Position numbers and translations under genes: made by a program
Shown: positions 12,355-25,852 of the stretch, piece by piece
Position numbering within the stretch: the first letter of the stretch is position 1
Layout: each line of letters starts with the position of its first letter
Assembly (NCBI RefSeq): GCF_004010195.1
Contig: NC_057720.1
Location: 15,516,430-15,580,429 of the forward strand
Origin: Chiloscyllium plagiosum
Lineage: Eukaryota
DNA: 64,000 nucleotides
Reading direction: 5' to 3'
The notes under the pieces: generated by a model
What the model was told of the DNA's origin: nothing
The model's input: the letters and a program-made list of their open reading frames with translations, nothing else
Database searches by the model: none

Positions 12355-13245
12355 AAAACAGGTGGGAAAACAGACAGTGATGAGGAGGTAAAGAGATTAC
12401 AGATGGATGTTGATAGGCTCGGAGAATGGGCCAGACTCTGGCAGATGGAGTTTAATCTGGATAAATGTGAGGTTTACCATTTTGGCCAGAAAAAAACAAA
12501 AGGGCGAATTATTGTTTGAGTGGGAAGCAGATATGAAGTGTGAGAGTGCAGAGGGATCTGAACACCTTTGTGCATGAAGTGGGTTTGTAGGTGCAGCATA
12601 CAATAAGAAATACAAATGGAATCATGGCATTTATTGCGAAAGGCTGAATTATGTAAATAAAGAAGTGCAGTTACATGTATGTAAGGCAATGGTGAGATCA
12701 CACCTGGAGTTTTGTATCTCCTTACTTTGGTCTCCTAACTTGAGGAAGGATGTGGTGGCACTGGAGGCAGTTCAGAGGAGGTTCACCAGGTTGATTCTGG
12801 GGATGAAAGGGCTTTCATACCAGGAGCGGTTGAATAGCTTGGGCTTGTACTCACTGGAGTTGGGAAGAATTGGGGGGGGGGGGGGGGTCTGATGGAGGTG
12901 TATGAAATGCTAGAAGGGATTGATAAAGTGGATGTTGAACAGATGCTCCCCCTTGTGCGACAGTCTTGAACAAGAGGACATAAAGTGAGAGGAGGTCGGT
13001 TTAAAACAGAGATTGGGAGAAACTACTTCTGTCAGAGGGTTGTGAATCTGTGGAACTCACTGCCCCAGAGTGCAGTGGACGCAGAATCGATCAACAGATT
13101 TAAGAAAGAAATAGTTAAATTTCTGATGAAAAGCAGCATGGGGAGCAGGCAGGAGAGTGGAGTTGAGACCAGGAGAAGATCAACCATGATCCTGCTAAAA
13201 GGCTTGTGGAGCCAAATTGCTTACTCCCACTTCTAATTCTATGTG
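12355..13245 (+). mobile_element. CR1 3' fragment
   Basis: WQMEFNLDKCEV, LEAVQRRFTRLI and RVVNLWNSLP motifs. Confidence 0.85.
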
Positions 13246-14157
13246 CCTCTGTTCAGAGGTGGCTGGGCTCTCTACCTCTATCTCCACTTGCACCTCCAAC
13301 CCTGCCTGTGCCTCTCAGACCCAAAGAAGTCGAAGCTGAGAACGGTACACTTACCTCTGGCAGGAAGACCATGAATCTGACTGAACTGTCCCAATACTCA
13401 GTGTCACCAAGTGAAACCTTCAACATGAACAGGTTCCCCTGCCAAGCAGACCCCTCCACCCAGTTCTGGAATTGAGAGAACACTACGGTGTAGAGGGAGG
13501 AGTGAAATAAATAAACCTTATCAGGACACCTTGGTGGCATGGCTGAAAACACAATGTACAGAAAGTATCACATTCAGAGACATTTTATTGGTTTTACACC
13601 ACGTTGGTTGGTTTAGTTTCTATGCAATTCTGAATGTAACTGTGCCAGTTTTCCGACAGCTGTTTTATTTCTCTCAAGGTATTTACTGAATGCTTGGTTG
13701 GTTTCCAAAAAATTACAGTTATCTCAACGAGGTGTTCTGCGTTCACAGTTTGACTGTCGAGCTATTAAAGGTTTAGTTGTCTTTGATATGGAGAATGAAT
13801 AGAATTTACATGTTTTATAGGGGATTAAACACTTGAGATTTTTAAAAAAGATAATTGAAATGATTAATGGGAATTAATGGAATTATTTTGCTGTCAAGTG
13901 TGTATTGTGTGAATGATGTTAATCCTTTAGCTCATTATTTTAAAATTATTAGTTTCAACTTTCAACACTTTTATTTTTAGCAAAACTCTTTTGACTTTTG
14001 AAACATTTGTTCTAAGTTTTAGGTTCTGCCCTCTAAACTTAGACAGTCCAACCAACACTCAAAATTTCTCTCTATCTCTCCTATTTATTTACCTTGATAG
14101 CCTGAAAACATCAATTAAATCAACCATAACTTTCTAAACTCCAATGAATATGATTCC

Positions 14158-14590
14158 ATTTATGAAAGATTTACAGGGTTGTTGCCAGGGTTGGAGGGTT
14201 TGAACTAGAGGGAGATGCTGAAACAGGCTGGGGTTGTTTTCCCTGGAGCATCAGAGGTTGACGGGTGACCTTATAGAGGTTTATAAAATCACAAGGGGCA
14301 TGCATAGGGTAAATAGACAATGTCTTTCTCCCACGTTAGGGGAGTGCTGAACTAGAGGACATAGGTTTAAGGTGAGAGGGGAAAGATTTAAAAATGACCC
14401 AAGGGGTAACTTTTTCATGCAGAGGGTGGTGAGTGTATGGAATAAGCTGCCAGAGGAAGTGGTGGAGGCTGGTACAATTGCAACATTTAAATAGCATTTG
14501 GATGGGCATATGAATAGGAAGGGTTGAGAGAGATAAGGGCCAAATGGTGGCAAATGGGATTAGATTAAAGTGATGAGAGTGTTGGTCAAT
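14158..14590 (+). mobile_element. CR1 3' fragment
   Basis: Homologous to the CR1 C-terminal region at 47590-47990. Confidence 0.8.
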
Positions 14591-15380
14591 GAAAAATATT
14601 GGAAGTAAAAACGTTGGGTCCGGTTTGCATTGTGTAAATAACAACATGCCTTTTCTTGTCCTCATGTAGAGATATGCAACTTGCTTCTGGAAGTCTCAGT
14701 CACTATATCAGTGCAAACTGTTGAACACTTTTTAACTATTTATTCCAGGAATTCTTTTGTTCATGGATGTGTAGTCACATGTAGATCAGAACAGTTAAGA
14801 ATGGCAGATTTCCCTTAAGGTCACCAGTTAACCAGATGGATTTTTGGAATAATTGTGCTTATATGGTTGCCATTAGCTTAGATTTGTATTGGATTCAAAT
14901 TTTACATCTGTCAAAGCAGCATTCAAACACATTTCTGGAGAACCTTAACTCTGGATCATTAGTTCACTTCTCAACCTCCTATGTTCCTGAAAAAAAGTTC
15001 CAGCCTATCGAGCCTTTCTTTATAACTCAAACCTTCCATACCCAGCAACGTCCTGGTAAATCTCTTCTGATTTACTCTGGAAGACATTTTATAGAGGAAA
15101 ATTTAAACTATAAACTCAAATAACCATAGCTTGAACTAAATTGGTACCATTAATGTCATTAAAGTCCCAAGGTGCTTCATATGAATATTATTAGACAGAA
15201 TTTGGAACTGAGATGTGTAAGGAGATATTCGGGAAGGTAATCAAAAACCTGATTAGAGAGGCATGCTTTAATAAATGTCCCAAAGTAGGAAAGGAAAGTA
15301 GAGATTTAAGGGAATAACTTGCAGCTTTCCTGGAAATAATTCATTAGATTGGAATGTGCAAACTACCATGATTCCAGATT

Positions 15381-15642
15381 AACAGAAATTTCTGGAGAAA
15401 CTCAGCAGGTCTGGCAGCATCTGTGGAGAGAGAAACAGAGTAAATGTTTGAAGTCCAATGTCCCTTATTCAGAATAGTTCTGCTCCAAAGCTCAGTTCAG
15501 AACTGTGCTGAAGGAGGGTTACTGGATTTTAATGGTGAACGTAGTTTTCTCTCCACAGATGCTGCTGGAGCGACTGAGTTTCTCCAGAAATTTCTGTTTT
15601 TGCTTGTTTCAGATGTCCAGCATCCACAGATCTTTGTTTTAT
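15381..15642. mobile_element. Palindromic PLE-derived insertion (family A), decayed HHRs
   Basis: aacagaaatttctggagaaactcag... pairs with ...ctgagtttctccagaaatttctgtt. Remnant CUGAxGA cores on both strands and an asymmetric tail. Confidence 0.7.
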
Positions 15643-16109
15643 TGTTCGAGGGTATGTTTCCACTACTGCCTCTGACTTTCACCCCACTAAATGTGCCTCA
15701 TGAAGCTGGGTTTGAGGTCAGAGGGCCAGAAAAGTAGCAAGGAATCTCCTTGGGATGACTTGCAACGCTATCTTACTCTGTGCTACTTTACCAGGATGGG
15801 GCTGCCACAGGAAATGGAAGATGGGCAGGAACTAAGTCAGTTCAGACCCCAACTAGACTCCCCCCAGTGCTGCAACATAGAACATAGAACAATACAGCAC
15901 AGAACAGGTCCTTCGGCCCTCGATGTTGCTTTGACCTGTGAACTAATCTAAGCCCATAGTTCTAGCCCAACCTGTGGAACCACAGCACCCTCCCCTCACT
16001 GTGTCAAAGCTTGGTTGGCCATGCTGAAGAGGCATCAGCTGGCTAGGGGTGAATGAACTAACTGGTGCCATCATGGGGCTGTAATGCTGATATGGGGCAG
16101 CAATAGATG

Positions 16110-16402
16110 CATCTGGTTCAGTGGTTAGCACTGTTGCCTCACAGCACCAAGGACCCAGGTTCAATTCCACCTTTGGATGACTATGTGGAGTATTCTCCAT
16201 GTGTCTATATGACCTTCAGGTGCTCTGATTTCCTCCCACAGTCCAAAGATGTGGAGGTCTGGTGGATTGGCCATGAAAAATTGCCTTATAGTGTGCTGGC
16301 TAGGTGGATTAGCCATGGGAAATACAGGGTTATGGAGATGGGTTGGTGTGGGCTTGTTGGGTTGAATGGGCCTGCTTCTGAACTGGAGGGATTCTATGAT
16401 TC
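16110..16402 (+). mobile_element. HE1-like V-SINE (diverged)
   Basis: TGGTTCAGTGG and GGTTCAATTCC boxes plus V-domain. Confidence 0.8.
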
Positions 16403-17343
16403 TCTGGACAGTCACTCTTCCATGTTGATGGTCATTAACAGGCTGCTTCATGTAATACTGTTCTTGTGGGTAGTTGAGTCTATGCATTGGTTTGGGACCT
16501 ACACATGACCCCAATGTAGGGGCTCTTGACGCTCACTGCAAATTTCAGTAGAAATGTCATGAAATCTGAGCACATAGACAGAATAAAGATCATGATGCAG
16601 GGGTTCTTTACTCCTTTAGCATCATTACAAACATAATAAACTTAAACATGGAACTATTTACATGGAAAGAAGCCTGTGGCTTACGCTGAGTATCCTTTTT
16701 CTACATCTTCCACCAAAGATGCCTTTTTATATACAGAAGGTATGTTCTACTGCTCCAGCTGCCTTCCCTCCCTTACTGTCGCCCCTGCTGCTGGAGGTCC
16801 TGTTACACTGCTGATATGGGTTTGGAACAAAGATTATTCAAAATATGCATGCATATTAAAATTGATAACAGTAGCCTGCTCAGGGCATTGAAAGTAATAA
16901 TCAATTCAGGTAAAGACACGATTAATTATGGCAATATATTTGCCTTCATGCCTTCAACAATGTTTGTTCCCTAAGAGTGGAGGTAGGGGAGGCAAAGGCC
17001 AAAATAGAAGTTAAATCAACTAGCTGTTGAGCAAAATGTGGGTGAAAGACTGAGACAAACAGAAAAAGAAGGGTGCTTTGGAAAACTAACATTACAAGTG
17101 TGGCGTTGAGTGATAAAGATGGCAAGAGAAATAACATGAAAAGGAAAAAGAAACAGGAACAGGGAGTAAAGACAACATAAGGAAATGCAAGGTCTGAGGC
17201 CAAATTGAAGAGGGAGTCCAAATTAAGAAAGAGAAAAACAAGAGGAAACAAATAGGAGATTTGGAGTAAAGCTTCAAAATAAAAAATATTTGCCAGAATT
17301 CAACGGAGAAAAGAAAAAGGTGTTGCGTAGAAAAGAGAAAGCC

Positions 17344-17567
17344 TGTGAACTGATTGTAATCAGGTCAGCCAGTTGGACCTCATAGAATATGAGTTCTCTA
17401 ATTGGGGCTGTTAGTCTGGTACAATCAGCAAGCCCTGGCTGACAGATATAACCATGTGTGTCAGAGGTACAGTTCACTCTGAGAGCCTGGATCAATGTCA
17501 AATAATATGTACGCAAAAATAAAGGGTGACTTGGTGATGGGATACCAGCCTCTGTGGAGTTATTTCA
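17344..17567 (+). mobile_element. Candidate solo LTR
   Basis: TG...CA ends, GATATAA TATA-like motif and AATAAA about 45 nt before the end. AGCCT occurs at both junctions but overlaps the termini, so there is no clean TSD. Confidence 0.45.
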
Positions 17568-17598
17568 GCCTAGTGAGAAAGACAGTGAAAAGATAAAT

Positions 17599-17636
17599 GG
17601 TTCTGAGGAAGGGTCACTTGACCTGAAATGTTAACT
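17599..17636 (+). ncRNA. Minimal hammerhead ribozyme (family A), near-intact
   Basis: GUU-CUGAGGA-A-GGGUC-ACUU-GACCU-GAA-AUGU-U/AAC. Two CpG-type changes relative to the inferred GACCC and ACGU. Part of a family A fragment at 17599-17705. Confidence 0.7.
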
Positions 17637-17971
17637 CTGATTTCTCTTCACATGTACCGCCAAACCTGCTGAGCTTTACCAGCAATCCCTATTTTTGTTT
17701 CTGAAAAAGATATTGATATTGACATCAATTTGTATATGATATCTTTAAATGTTAAACACTCCAGGGCTTCACAGAAGTATCATTGTACCAAAAATGACAT
17801 TAATCTAAAGAAGGCAATCGATCTTTGTTTATTCATTTGTGGGATGTGGGTATTGTTGGTCAGGTCAGCAGTTATTGCTTGTTCTTAATTGTCCTTGAGA
17901 AAGGGAATTAGCCAAGTTGCCAAACCACTGGAGCTCATGTACTGTAGGTACTCAAACAGTGGCTTTAGATA

Positions 17972-18153
17972 GGAGAAAGTCAGGACTGCAGATGCTGGAG
18001 ATCAGAGTCGAGAGTGCAGTGCTAGAAAGGCAGCATCCGAGGGGGAGGGGAATCGATGGTTAGGGCATAAGTCCTTCATCAGGAAGGGCTTATGCCCAAA
18101 ATGTTGATTCTCCTGCTCCTCGGATACCGCTTGACCTGCTGTGCTTTTCCAGC
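17972..18153. mobile_element. Palindromic PLE-derived insertion (family C) inside a LINE-X 3' region
   Basis: gggcataagtccttcatcagg|aagggcttatgccc: head-to-head HHR halves at the centre. Degenerate TSD cagtggctttagata / cagtgctttcaggta. Confidence 0.75.
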
Positions 18154-19097
18154 AGTGCTTTCAGGTACCAAATTTCAGGATTTTAAAGCAGTGACCATGA
18201 AGGATTAATGTTATACCCCCTCAGCAGAGTGTGTGAACTGTACTCGAACTTATAGGTGGCTTTGTTCCTATGCACTTTCTTCTTTTGTTCTTCAAGGTGG
18301 TAGAAGTTGCAGTTTGAGATGATGCCAAAGAACCCTTCGTGAGGTCCTACAGTGACACCTGTAGGTGCTTCACCACCAGCTCCTCAAGAGCAATTATGGA
18401 TGAACAAGCCACTCACATCCAGTAAATCAACAGGAAAAGGGACACATTACAACAGCAGTGCGTGGATGTGGTGGTGTGAGAACGTTTAAGGTGTCATTCA
18501 GGTAGGCTGCTTTCTCCTTGATAGTATAACACTTTGTGAGAGCTGACGGTGTAGCATTCAACAGACAAGACCATAAGAAATATGAACAGAAGTGAGCCAT
18601 TCAGCCCCTCAAGCCTTGTCTGCCATTCCATGGATCATGGCTGACCCAAAACTTCTCACACCCACTTTCCTGCCAATCACTCAGAAGTCTTGATTCCTCA
18701 AGAATCAAGAATTTATCCACCTCAGCCTTAACAACCAGAAGAATAATTACTGCTTACTTTCAATCATCAGCAAAATAATGGTAAGGGTCATTGATAGTGC
18801 CATTCAGGAGCACTTGCTCAGCAATAGCTTGCTCACTGATGCTCAGATTGGCCTCATTATAGACTTTGCCCAAACACCCACAAAGAGCTGAATTCCAGGC
18901 GGGGGAGTGATAATGACTGCCCTTGGCAACAAGGCATCATTTGGATGAGTAGACCCTGACAGACCCCTACCAAAATTTAAGTTAATGGAATCGGGGTGGG
19001 GAAAAGTCTTCCTTGGTTCAGTTCAAACCTAGCATGGTTCGAGCTGTTGGAAGCAAATGATCTCAGTCCCAGGGCCTCCTGCAGGAGTCCTTCAGAG

Positions 19098-19341
19098 TAG
19101 ATATCAACTTGTTCAGATGTGTTATTAGACACCTCTGGATCAGGTAGGATTGGAACCCAGGCCTCCTGGCCCAGAGATAGAGATACCACAACTGCACAAT
19201 GAGCCCTCTATGTTTCTCACAGGAGATACTTCCCGAGAAGCTGTTCAGAGATGTTATTACACACTTCTGGAGCAGGTCAGACTTGAACCCAGGTCTACTA
19301 GCTCAGAGTTGGGGACTCTACCACTGCACCAGAAGAGCCCT
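19098..19341 (-). mobile_element. Two tandem SINE-Y copies inside a LINE-X RT fragment (about 18750-19400)
   Basis: Two ~110-bp units related to 2938-3060. They interrupt the GVPQGS|LGP motif. Confidence 0.6.
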
Positions 19342-20338
19342 CTACCTTTCTCAGGGCCCAACCACTTTCAACTGTTTCATCAATTACATTCCTTTCATCA
19401 TAAGGTCATAATGTGTTGCCCATCCCTAATTGCCCTTGTGCTGAAGGATTGGTAGGTTATTTCAGAGGGCACTTACCCATTACTGTGAGCCTGGAGTCAC
19501 ATATCGACAGATACTGGCAGTTCTTGTACTCCAGTTGAAAAGTATTGGTGGAAAATCCTCCGATAGTTCCAGGATCGCTGAGGACACAGGACTAAGGCTA
19601 ATAAAATGGGGAAGAATGACATGTTCTTGGCTGGGAATTCTTAGGGGCAATGGGACAGCACTGTCAGAAGCAGGAGAAGTTCCAAACTGGCATGCCCTTC
19701 AACTGATGTTCAGTCCATTGGTTAATCACTTAGTTTGAGGTTTGATTGTAATCCCGAAAAGGAGAAAAGCTGCCTGCAAAGTAGCAGTTATCAGGAGCAA
19801 CTGCTCTGCCTGCACTTTGGCTCATTCTAGTGGTGGAGGACTGAGACTCTCGTGATAGGCCTCACATTGGCCTCATTAATTGGCCACTCAGTTGGCAATG
19901 GAGCAGCAAAGTCAACAATGGACCTTCCTACCCAGAGCTTAATCCTCATAAAGTTTGGAAGGTGACAGGGTTTGGACATGACAGCACCCTGTCTGATTAA
20001 CTGCACCTCCAAGTAAAGCTTCAGCTGAAAATGGAAACATGGGTTCGAAACCCACAATGGCAGTTGGTGAAATTTGAATGCGCTTTTAAATAATCTGGAA
20101 TGAAAAGTTGGCCTAATTTGCTATTACATAACAACAGTCAATTGTTGTAAAGGCACATTGTCCTCCAGTGAAGCAAATTCACCGTTATTACCTGGTCTAG
20201 TGAACGAGTAACTCAAAATTCACAGCAATGGACTTGATTCTTAACTCTCAGAGCAATTTGAAATGAGCAAAAAATACTGGCTACCAGTGACATTAACAAC
20301 TCAAAAACTAATTTTAAAAAATTGCTCATTAAAAAAAC

Positions 20339-20571
20339 TGTGGACCCAGCCTGTGGATGCTGTAAATCAGAAACAAAAACAGAAATTTCAGCAGGTCTGG
20401 CAGCGCCTGTGGAGAGAAATCAGAATTAACATTTCGGATTGAGTGACCCTTCCTCAGAACTCCAAACCAGTTCGGAGGAAGGGTCACTTGACGCGAAACA
20501 TTAACTCTGATTTCTCTCCACAGGTGCTACCAGACCTGCTGAGCTTTTTTCAGTAATTTCTGTCTCTGTTT
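20339..20571. mobile_element. Palindromic PLE-derived insertion (family A) with an HHR on each strand
   Basis: Arms 20371-20461 / 20469-20571. Minus: AGUU CUGAGGA AGGGUC..GAAAUGUU. Plus: AGUU CGGAGGA AGGGUC ACUU GAC..GAAACAUU AACU. Confidence 0.8.
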
Positions 20572-20949
20572 AAAAAAAATATTTACAATGTATACATCCT
20601 CTATGTGCCCTCTAACTTTGTATTTGGACTAATAGCAAGCCAGTGTGACATGAAATTGGAATTTCAAAGCTTTGGTATTTACTCTATACATTTGCTCTTT
20701 ATCTAACTTTGAAATAAAAGATACATTTTGTCTTTTGCCTTTATCATGATACACTTGTTTAAACATATTTTCAGAGCATCTATGAGAGTATATTCAATAG
20801 ATAGGATGTTTCTGTCATAATTCTTTACCTCAACAGTGGAATTGTTGTCAAAGTGCATTACGAGCATACTTACCTTCCCTGTAAATAACCAGCAGGAAAA
20901 ATAGTATTCAGTGCTTGGTGCTGACGTGTTTCCACCTTACATCCAAAGC

Positions 20950-21780
20950 AAGTTATAAATACTGTGGCTACAAGAGCAAACCAGAGGCTTGGAATCCTGC
21001 AGTGAGTAACACGCATCCAGACTCTCCAAACCCTGTCCACTATCTGCAAGGGCACAAGTCAAGAGCGTGACAGAAAACTCTTCACATGCCTGGATGGGTG
21101 CAACTCCAGTGATGCTTAAGAAGTTCAGTACCATCCAGGCCAAAGCAGTTCAATTAATTGGCTCCCAATCTACTACATGAAACATTCACTCTAACCTGCC
21201 ACATGAAGTGGTGGAGGCTAGTACAATTGCAACATTTAAAAGGCATCTGGATGGGTATATGAATTGGGAGGGTTTGGAGGGATATGGGCCAGGTGCTAGC
21301 AGGTGGGACTAGATTGGGTTGGGATATCTGGTCAGCATGGACAGGTTGGACCGAAGGGTCTGTTTCCATGCTGTACATCTATGACTCTATGACACACCCT
21401 CCAATGTTATCACCTGCTGACTGCATTGTGTCCCATCTGCAAGATGCACTGCTAGAAACTTACCAAAGCCCCTTTGACAGCATCTTCTAAATGCACAATC
21501 TCTACCAGCTAGCTGGACAAGGATAGCAGGTACATGCGAACAACACCGCCGGCAAATACCCTCCAAACTATGCATTATGCTGACTGGAAAGATTTCACTG
21601 CTCCTTCAATGTCTCTGGATCAAAATCCTGGATTTCCCTCTTTAATGTCACTGTGGAGGTACCTACACCCCATACATCACAAAGGTTCAAGAAGACAACT
21701 TCCCCTAGGGCAATTAGAGATGGGCAACACATGATCATACACTGAGCATAACCACATACTCAGTGATTGAACACATAACA
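20950..21780 (+). mobile_element. LINE-X C-terminal fragment with nested CR1 tail (about 21200-21392)
   Basis: ATRANQRLGIL..LSTI motif. Homologous to 54040-54445. Confidence 0.65.
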
Positions 21781-22829
21781 AATCATAATTTGTGAGATAC
21801 CCTTTCTGCACATACAATACAACATAGAACATATAACAGTGCAGCACAGGAACAGACCTTTTGGCTCATCATGTCTGTACCAACCATGGTGCCATTCCGG
21901 CTAATTCTGCACATGGTTCATATCCCTCTATTCTCTGCCTGTTCATTTGTCTATCTAAATGTCTCTCAAATTTTGCTAACGTATCTGCTTCTACCACCTT
22001 CCCGGGCAGTGCTTTCTGGGTACCCGCTGCCCTCTGTGTAAATGATGGCAATACTTGCTGAAGAAGAACATTACATAAAAGCAGGAATGGTCAATCCCTC
22101 AGAGTAGGTTATCAACAGATTGTACTTTATACATTAGTGCAATTCAGAAAGGCCATACTGCCCCTGGGAATGGTGTCGAAAGAAAATATTCAACAGATTA
22201 TAGTTATAGAGGACTACAGGCCAGAGAAAAAGCCCTTCAGGCCATTTGGTCAGAAACAAGCAGCTAACTATTGGGATCCGTTTTGCTATCAATTGGCATA
22301 TTGTCCTATATATGCCTTGGCATCACAAGTGCACTTCAAAATGCGTCTTCAATGTTATGAGGCAGTGAGTTCTGGATTCCCGCCATCCTCAGGGTGAAAA
22401 TGTTTTCTTCACATCCCCACTAATCCTCCAGCTAGGAGTGATCACCTGGTTTCAAGGATTCTATTACAGAGAGAGTTACCAATGTCTAATGAATCCATTG
22501 AGTTTAAAAGGTTAATGGTTGTACAACATAGAACTTGGAACGTTACAGCGCAGCACAGGCCCTTCGGTCCTCGATGTCGTGCCAACCTGTGAAATTAATC
22601 TGATGCCCATCTAACCTACACCATTCTATTATTATCCATATGTATGTCCAGTGCTCATTTAAATGCCCTTTATGTTGGCGAGTCTACTATTGTTGCAGGC
22701 AGGCCATTCCATGCATCTACTACTCTCTGAGTAAAGATACTACCCTTGATATCTGTCCTAAATCTATCACAATTCTAATTATCTAATTGAGATGTTAAAA
22801 GTAAAAATTGCTTTTTTCCTGTCTGGCGT

Positions 22830-24790
22830 GAGAGTGCAAAGAGAATAATGGCCGAATCATGGCTTATGAGGGAAGTTAGAGATAGCATTAGATTGCAAAG
22901 CACACGAATTGGTAAGAAAAACAACAGGCTGGAGGATTAGTCACAGTTTAGAAGTCCGTAAAGAAGGACCAAGGGACTGATTATGAAGGGGAAAATAGAG
23001 TATGAAGTCAGCTTGCAGGGAACATGAGAACTCACTGTAAACATTTCTATAGGTACGGGAGGAGAAAAAGATTAGTGAAAACTAATGTATATCTCTTAGA
23101 GTCGGAAATGGAGGAATTTATAATGGGGAACAAAGAAATGACTGACGAACTAAATTCATACTTCACTTCTGTTTCAAAAAGGAGGACTCAAAAAACATAT
23201 CAGAAATGATTGGGAACACAGGCTTTAGTGACAGGGAGGAAACTATATTAGTTGAGAAATGGTGTTGGAGAAATTGATGGGATTGAAGGGAGATAAATTC
23301 CCAGGGCCTGATAATCCACATCCCAGAGTATTTAAGGAAATGGCCCTAGAAGTAGTGGATACATCCGTGGCCATCTTCCAAGATTTTTTAGACTCTGAAA
23401 CAGTTCCTACAGATTGGAGGATAGAGAATGTAATGCAACAGTTTAAATAGGGAGGTCGAGAGAAAACAAGAAATCTTCCACCAATGAATCTGCCATCAGT
23501 ACTGTGGAAGTTGCTAGAATCCATCATCAAGGATTTTATAGCAGAGCACTTTGCAAACAGTAGTAAAAATCCGACACAGCATGGAATTACAAAAGGGAAG
23601 TCATGCTTGACAAACCTACTGGAATTTTTTGAGGATGTAACTAGTAGAGTTGATCCAGGGGAGCCAGGAGATGTGGTTCATTTGAACTTTAGAAGGCTTA
23701 TGACAAAGTCCCACAAAAGAGATTAATATGTAAAATTAAGGTGCATGGGATTACAGGAAATTGGTTAGCAGACAAGAAACGAAGAGTAGGAATAATTGAG
23801 ACATTTTCTGAATGGCAGACAGTGACGAGGGAGGTACTGCAGGCTATGAGCTATTCACAATATATGGTAATGATTTTGATGAAGAAATTAAATGTAATAT
23901 CTCAAATTTGCTGATGACACAAAGCTGGGTGGCAGGATGAGCTGTGAGGAGGATGCAGAGGTGTTGCAATATAATTTGGACAGGCTCAATGAATGGACAA
24001 ATGCAGCATAATGTGGATAAATGTAAGGTTATCCACATTGGTAGCAAAAACAGGAAGGCAGATTGTTACTTGAATATGTGTAAATTGAGAGGGGGGGAAT
24101 GTTCAACAAAACCTTGGTCTCATCATTTAACAGTCGCTCAAAGTAAGTCCGCAGGTGCAGCAGGCAGTAAAGAAAGCAACTGCCAATTTACTTTCATAGT
24201 GAGTAGGAACAAGGCTGACTTGTTACAGTTATGCAGGGCATTGGTGAGGCCTTACCTGGGATATTATGTGCAGTTTTAGTCTCCTTATCTGAGGAAGGAT
24301 GTTTTTGCAATAGAGAGAGTGCAGTGAATTGATTCCTGGGATGGCAGGATGATGTATGAAGAGAGATTGAGTCAGTTAGAATTGCATTCACTGGAGCTTA
24401 GAAGAATGAAGTGTGGTCTCATAGAAACCTATTAATTTTGAACTGGACTAGACAAGTTACATGCAGAAAGGGTGCTCCCAATGGCAGAGGAGTCTGGACC
24501 AGGGGTCATAGTTTAAAGATAAGGGGTAAACCCTTCTGGACTGAGATGAGGAGAAATGTTTTCGTCCAGAGAGTGTGAGATTGTTGAATTCATTGTAACA
24601 GAAAGTGGTTGAGGCGAAAACAGCAAGTGTTTTCAACAAGGAGTTAGATATAGTTCAAGGGATCAAGGAATATGTAGGAGAATGGGATGAGGGAATTGAG
24701 TTTGATGACCAGCCATGATCATATTGAATGGCCAAGTAGACTTGAGGCATTGAATGGCCTATTCCTGTGCTGATCTCCTATCATCTGTGA
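22830..24790 (+). mobile_element. Degraded CR1 ORF2 copy
   Basis: PGPDNPHPRVFKE, QHGITKGKSCLTNLLEFFED, KFADDTKLG and VRPYLGYYVQF motifs. Confidence 0.85.
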
Positions 24791-25852
24791 GTACAAGATT
24801 TGATGGGGTACATTGAGAGAGATTATTTTCTCTGGTGGGTGAACGGGAAAAAAGAATATGATCTTAAAGACCATAAGATTATATGACCATAAAATATCGG
24901 AGCAGAATTAGGCCATTTGGTCCATTGAATCTGCTCCACCATTTGATCATGGCTGATACGTTTCTCAACCCCATTCTCCTGCTTTCTCCCTGTAATCCTT
25001 AATCCCTTTACTAAACAAATACCCATCTATCTCCGCCTTATATACACTCAATGACTTGGACTCCACAGCCCTGTGCAGCAATGAGTTCCACATATTAACC
25101 ACTATCTGGTTGAAGAAATTTCTCCTCACTTCTAAAGAGTCATTACTTTACTCTGAGACCCCTGGGTCATACTCTCTCCTACGAATGAAAATACCTTCTC
25201 CATGCCCACTCTATCCACAGTTCTCAGGATTCTGTAAATTTCAATCAGATTCTCCCCCCACCCCATCCCTCTAAACTCCAATATGTACAGAATATTTTTC
25301 CTGGACTCCTCTCTCTAACTCCATCTCTGAGGGTCCAAGAAAATTCAGTCCTTGCTGTTGGGAGCTAATTTTTAAAATAAGTCTTTCATGAAATATGGAT
25401 GTTGCTAACTAGGCCACTATTTATTGATAATCCTAGCGGGCTGGTAAGAGTCAACCACTTTGACCTGGAAACACATGTAGGCCAGACCAGGTAAGGATGT
25501 AGGATTTCTTCACTAAATCACTAAAACGAGGCAGATTTTTGTTTTACAACAGTGGCTACATGGTCAATACTGGCTGGTGTTTCACTCCAGATTTTTTTAG
25601 AATTCAAAATTTCACCTTCAGTCTTGGTAGAATTCCAACATATTTCTCGAGGCATTATCCTGGGATTCTGCATTAGGAACAAACTGGTATAATGACGACA
25701 CCATTGTCTCCCTGTTCATTATGATTCAATCACAATACCTGATAATGATTATCAGGCTGTGGCAATGGGTTGACTGATGTTATGATTTATCATGGCAGCT
25801 CATTAGGTTGGAATACAGGTCAGAACCATCCTATAATGCATTCTGTGGTTCA

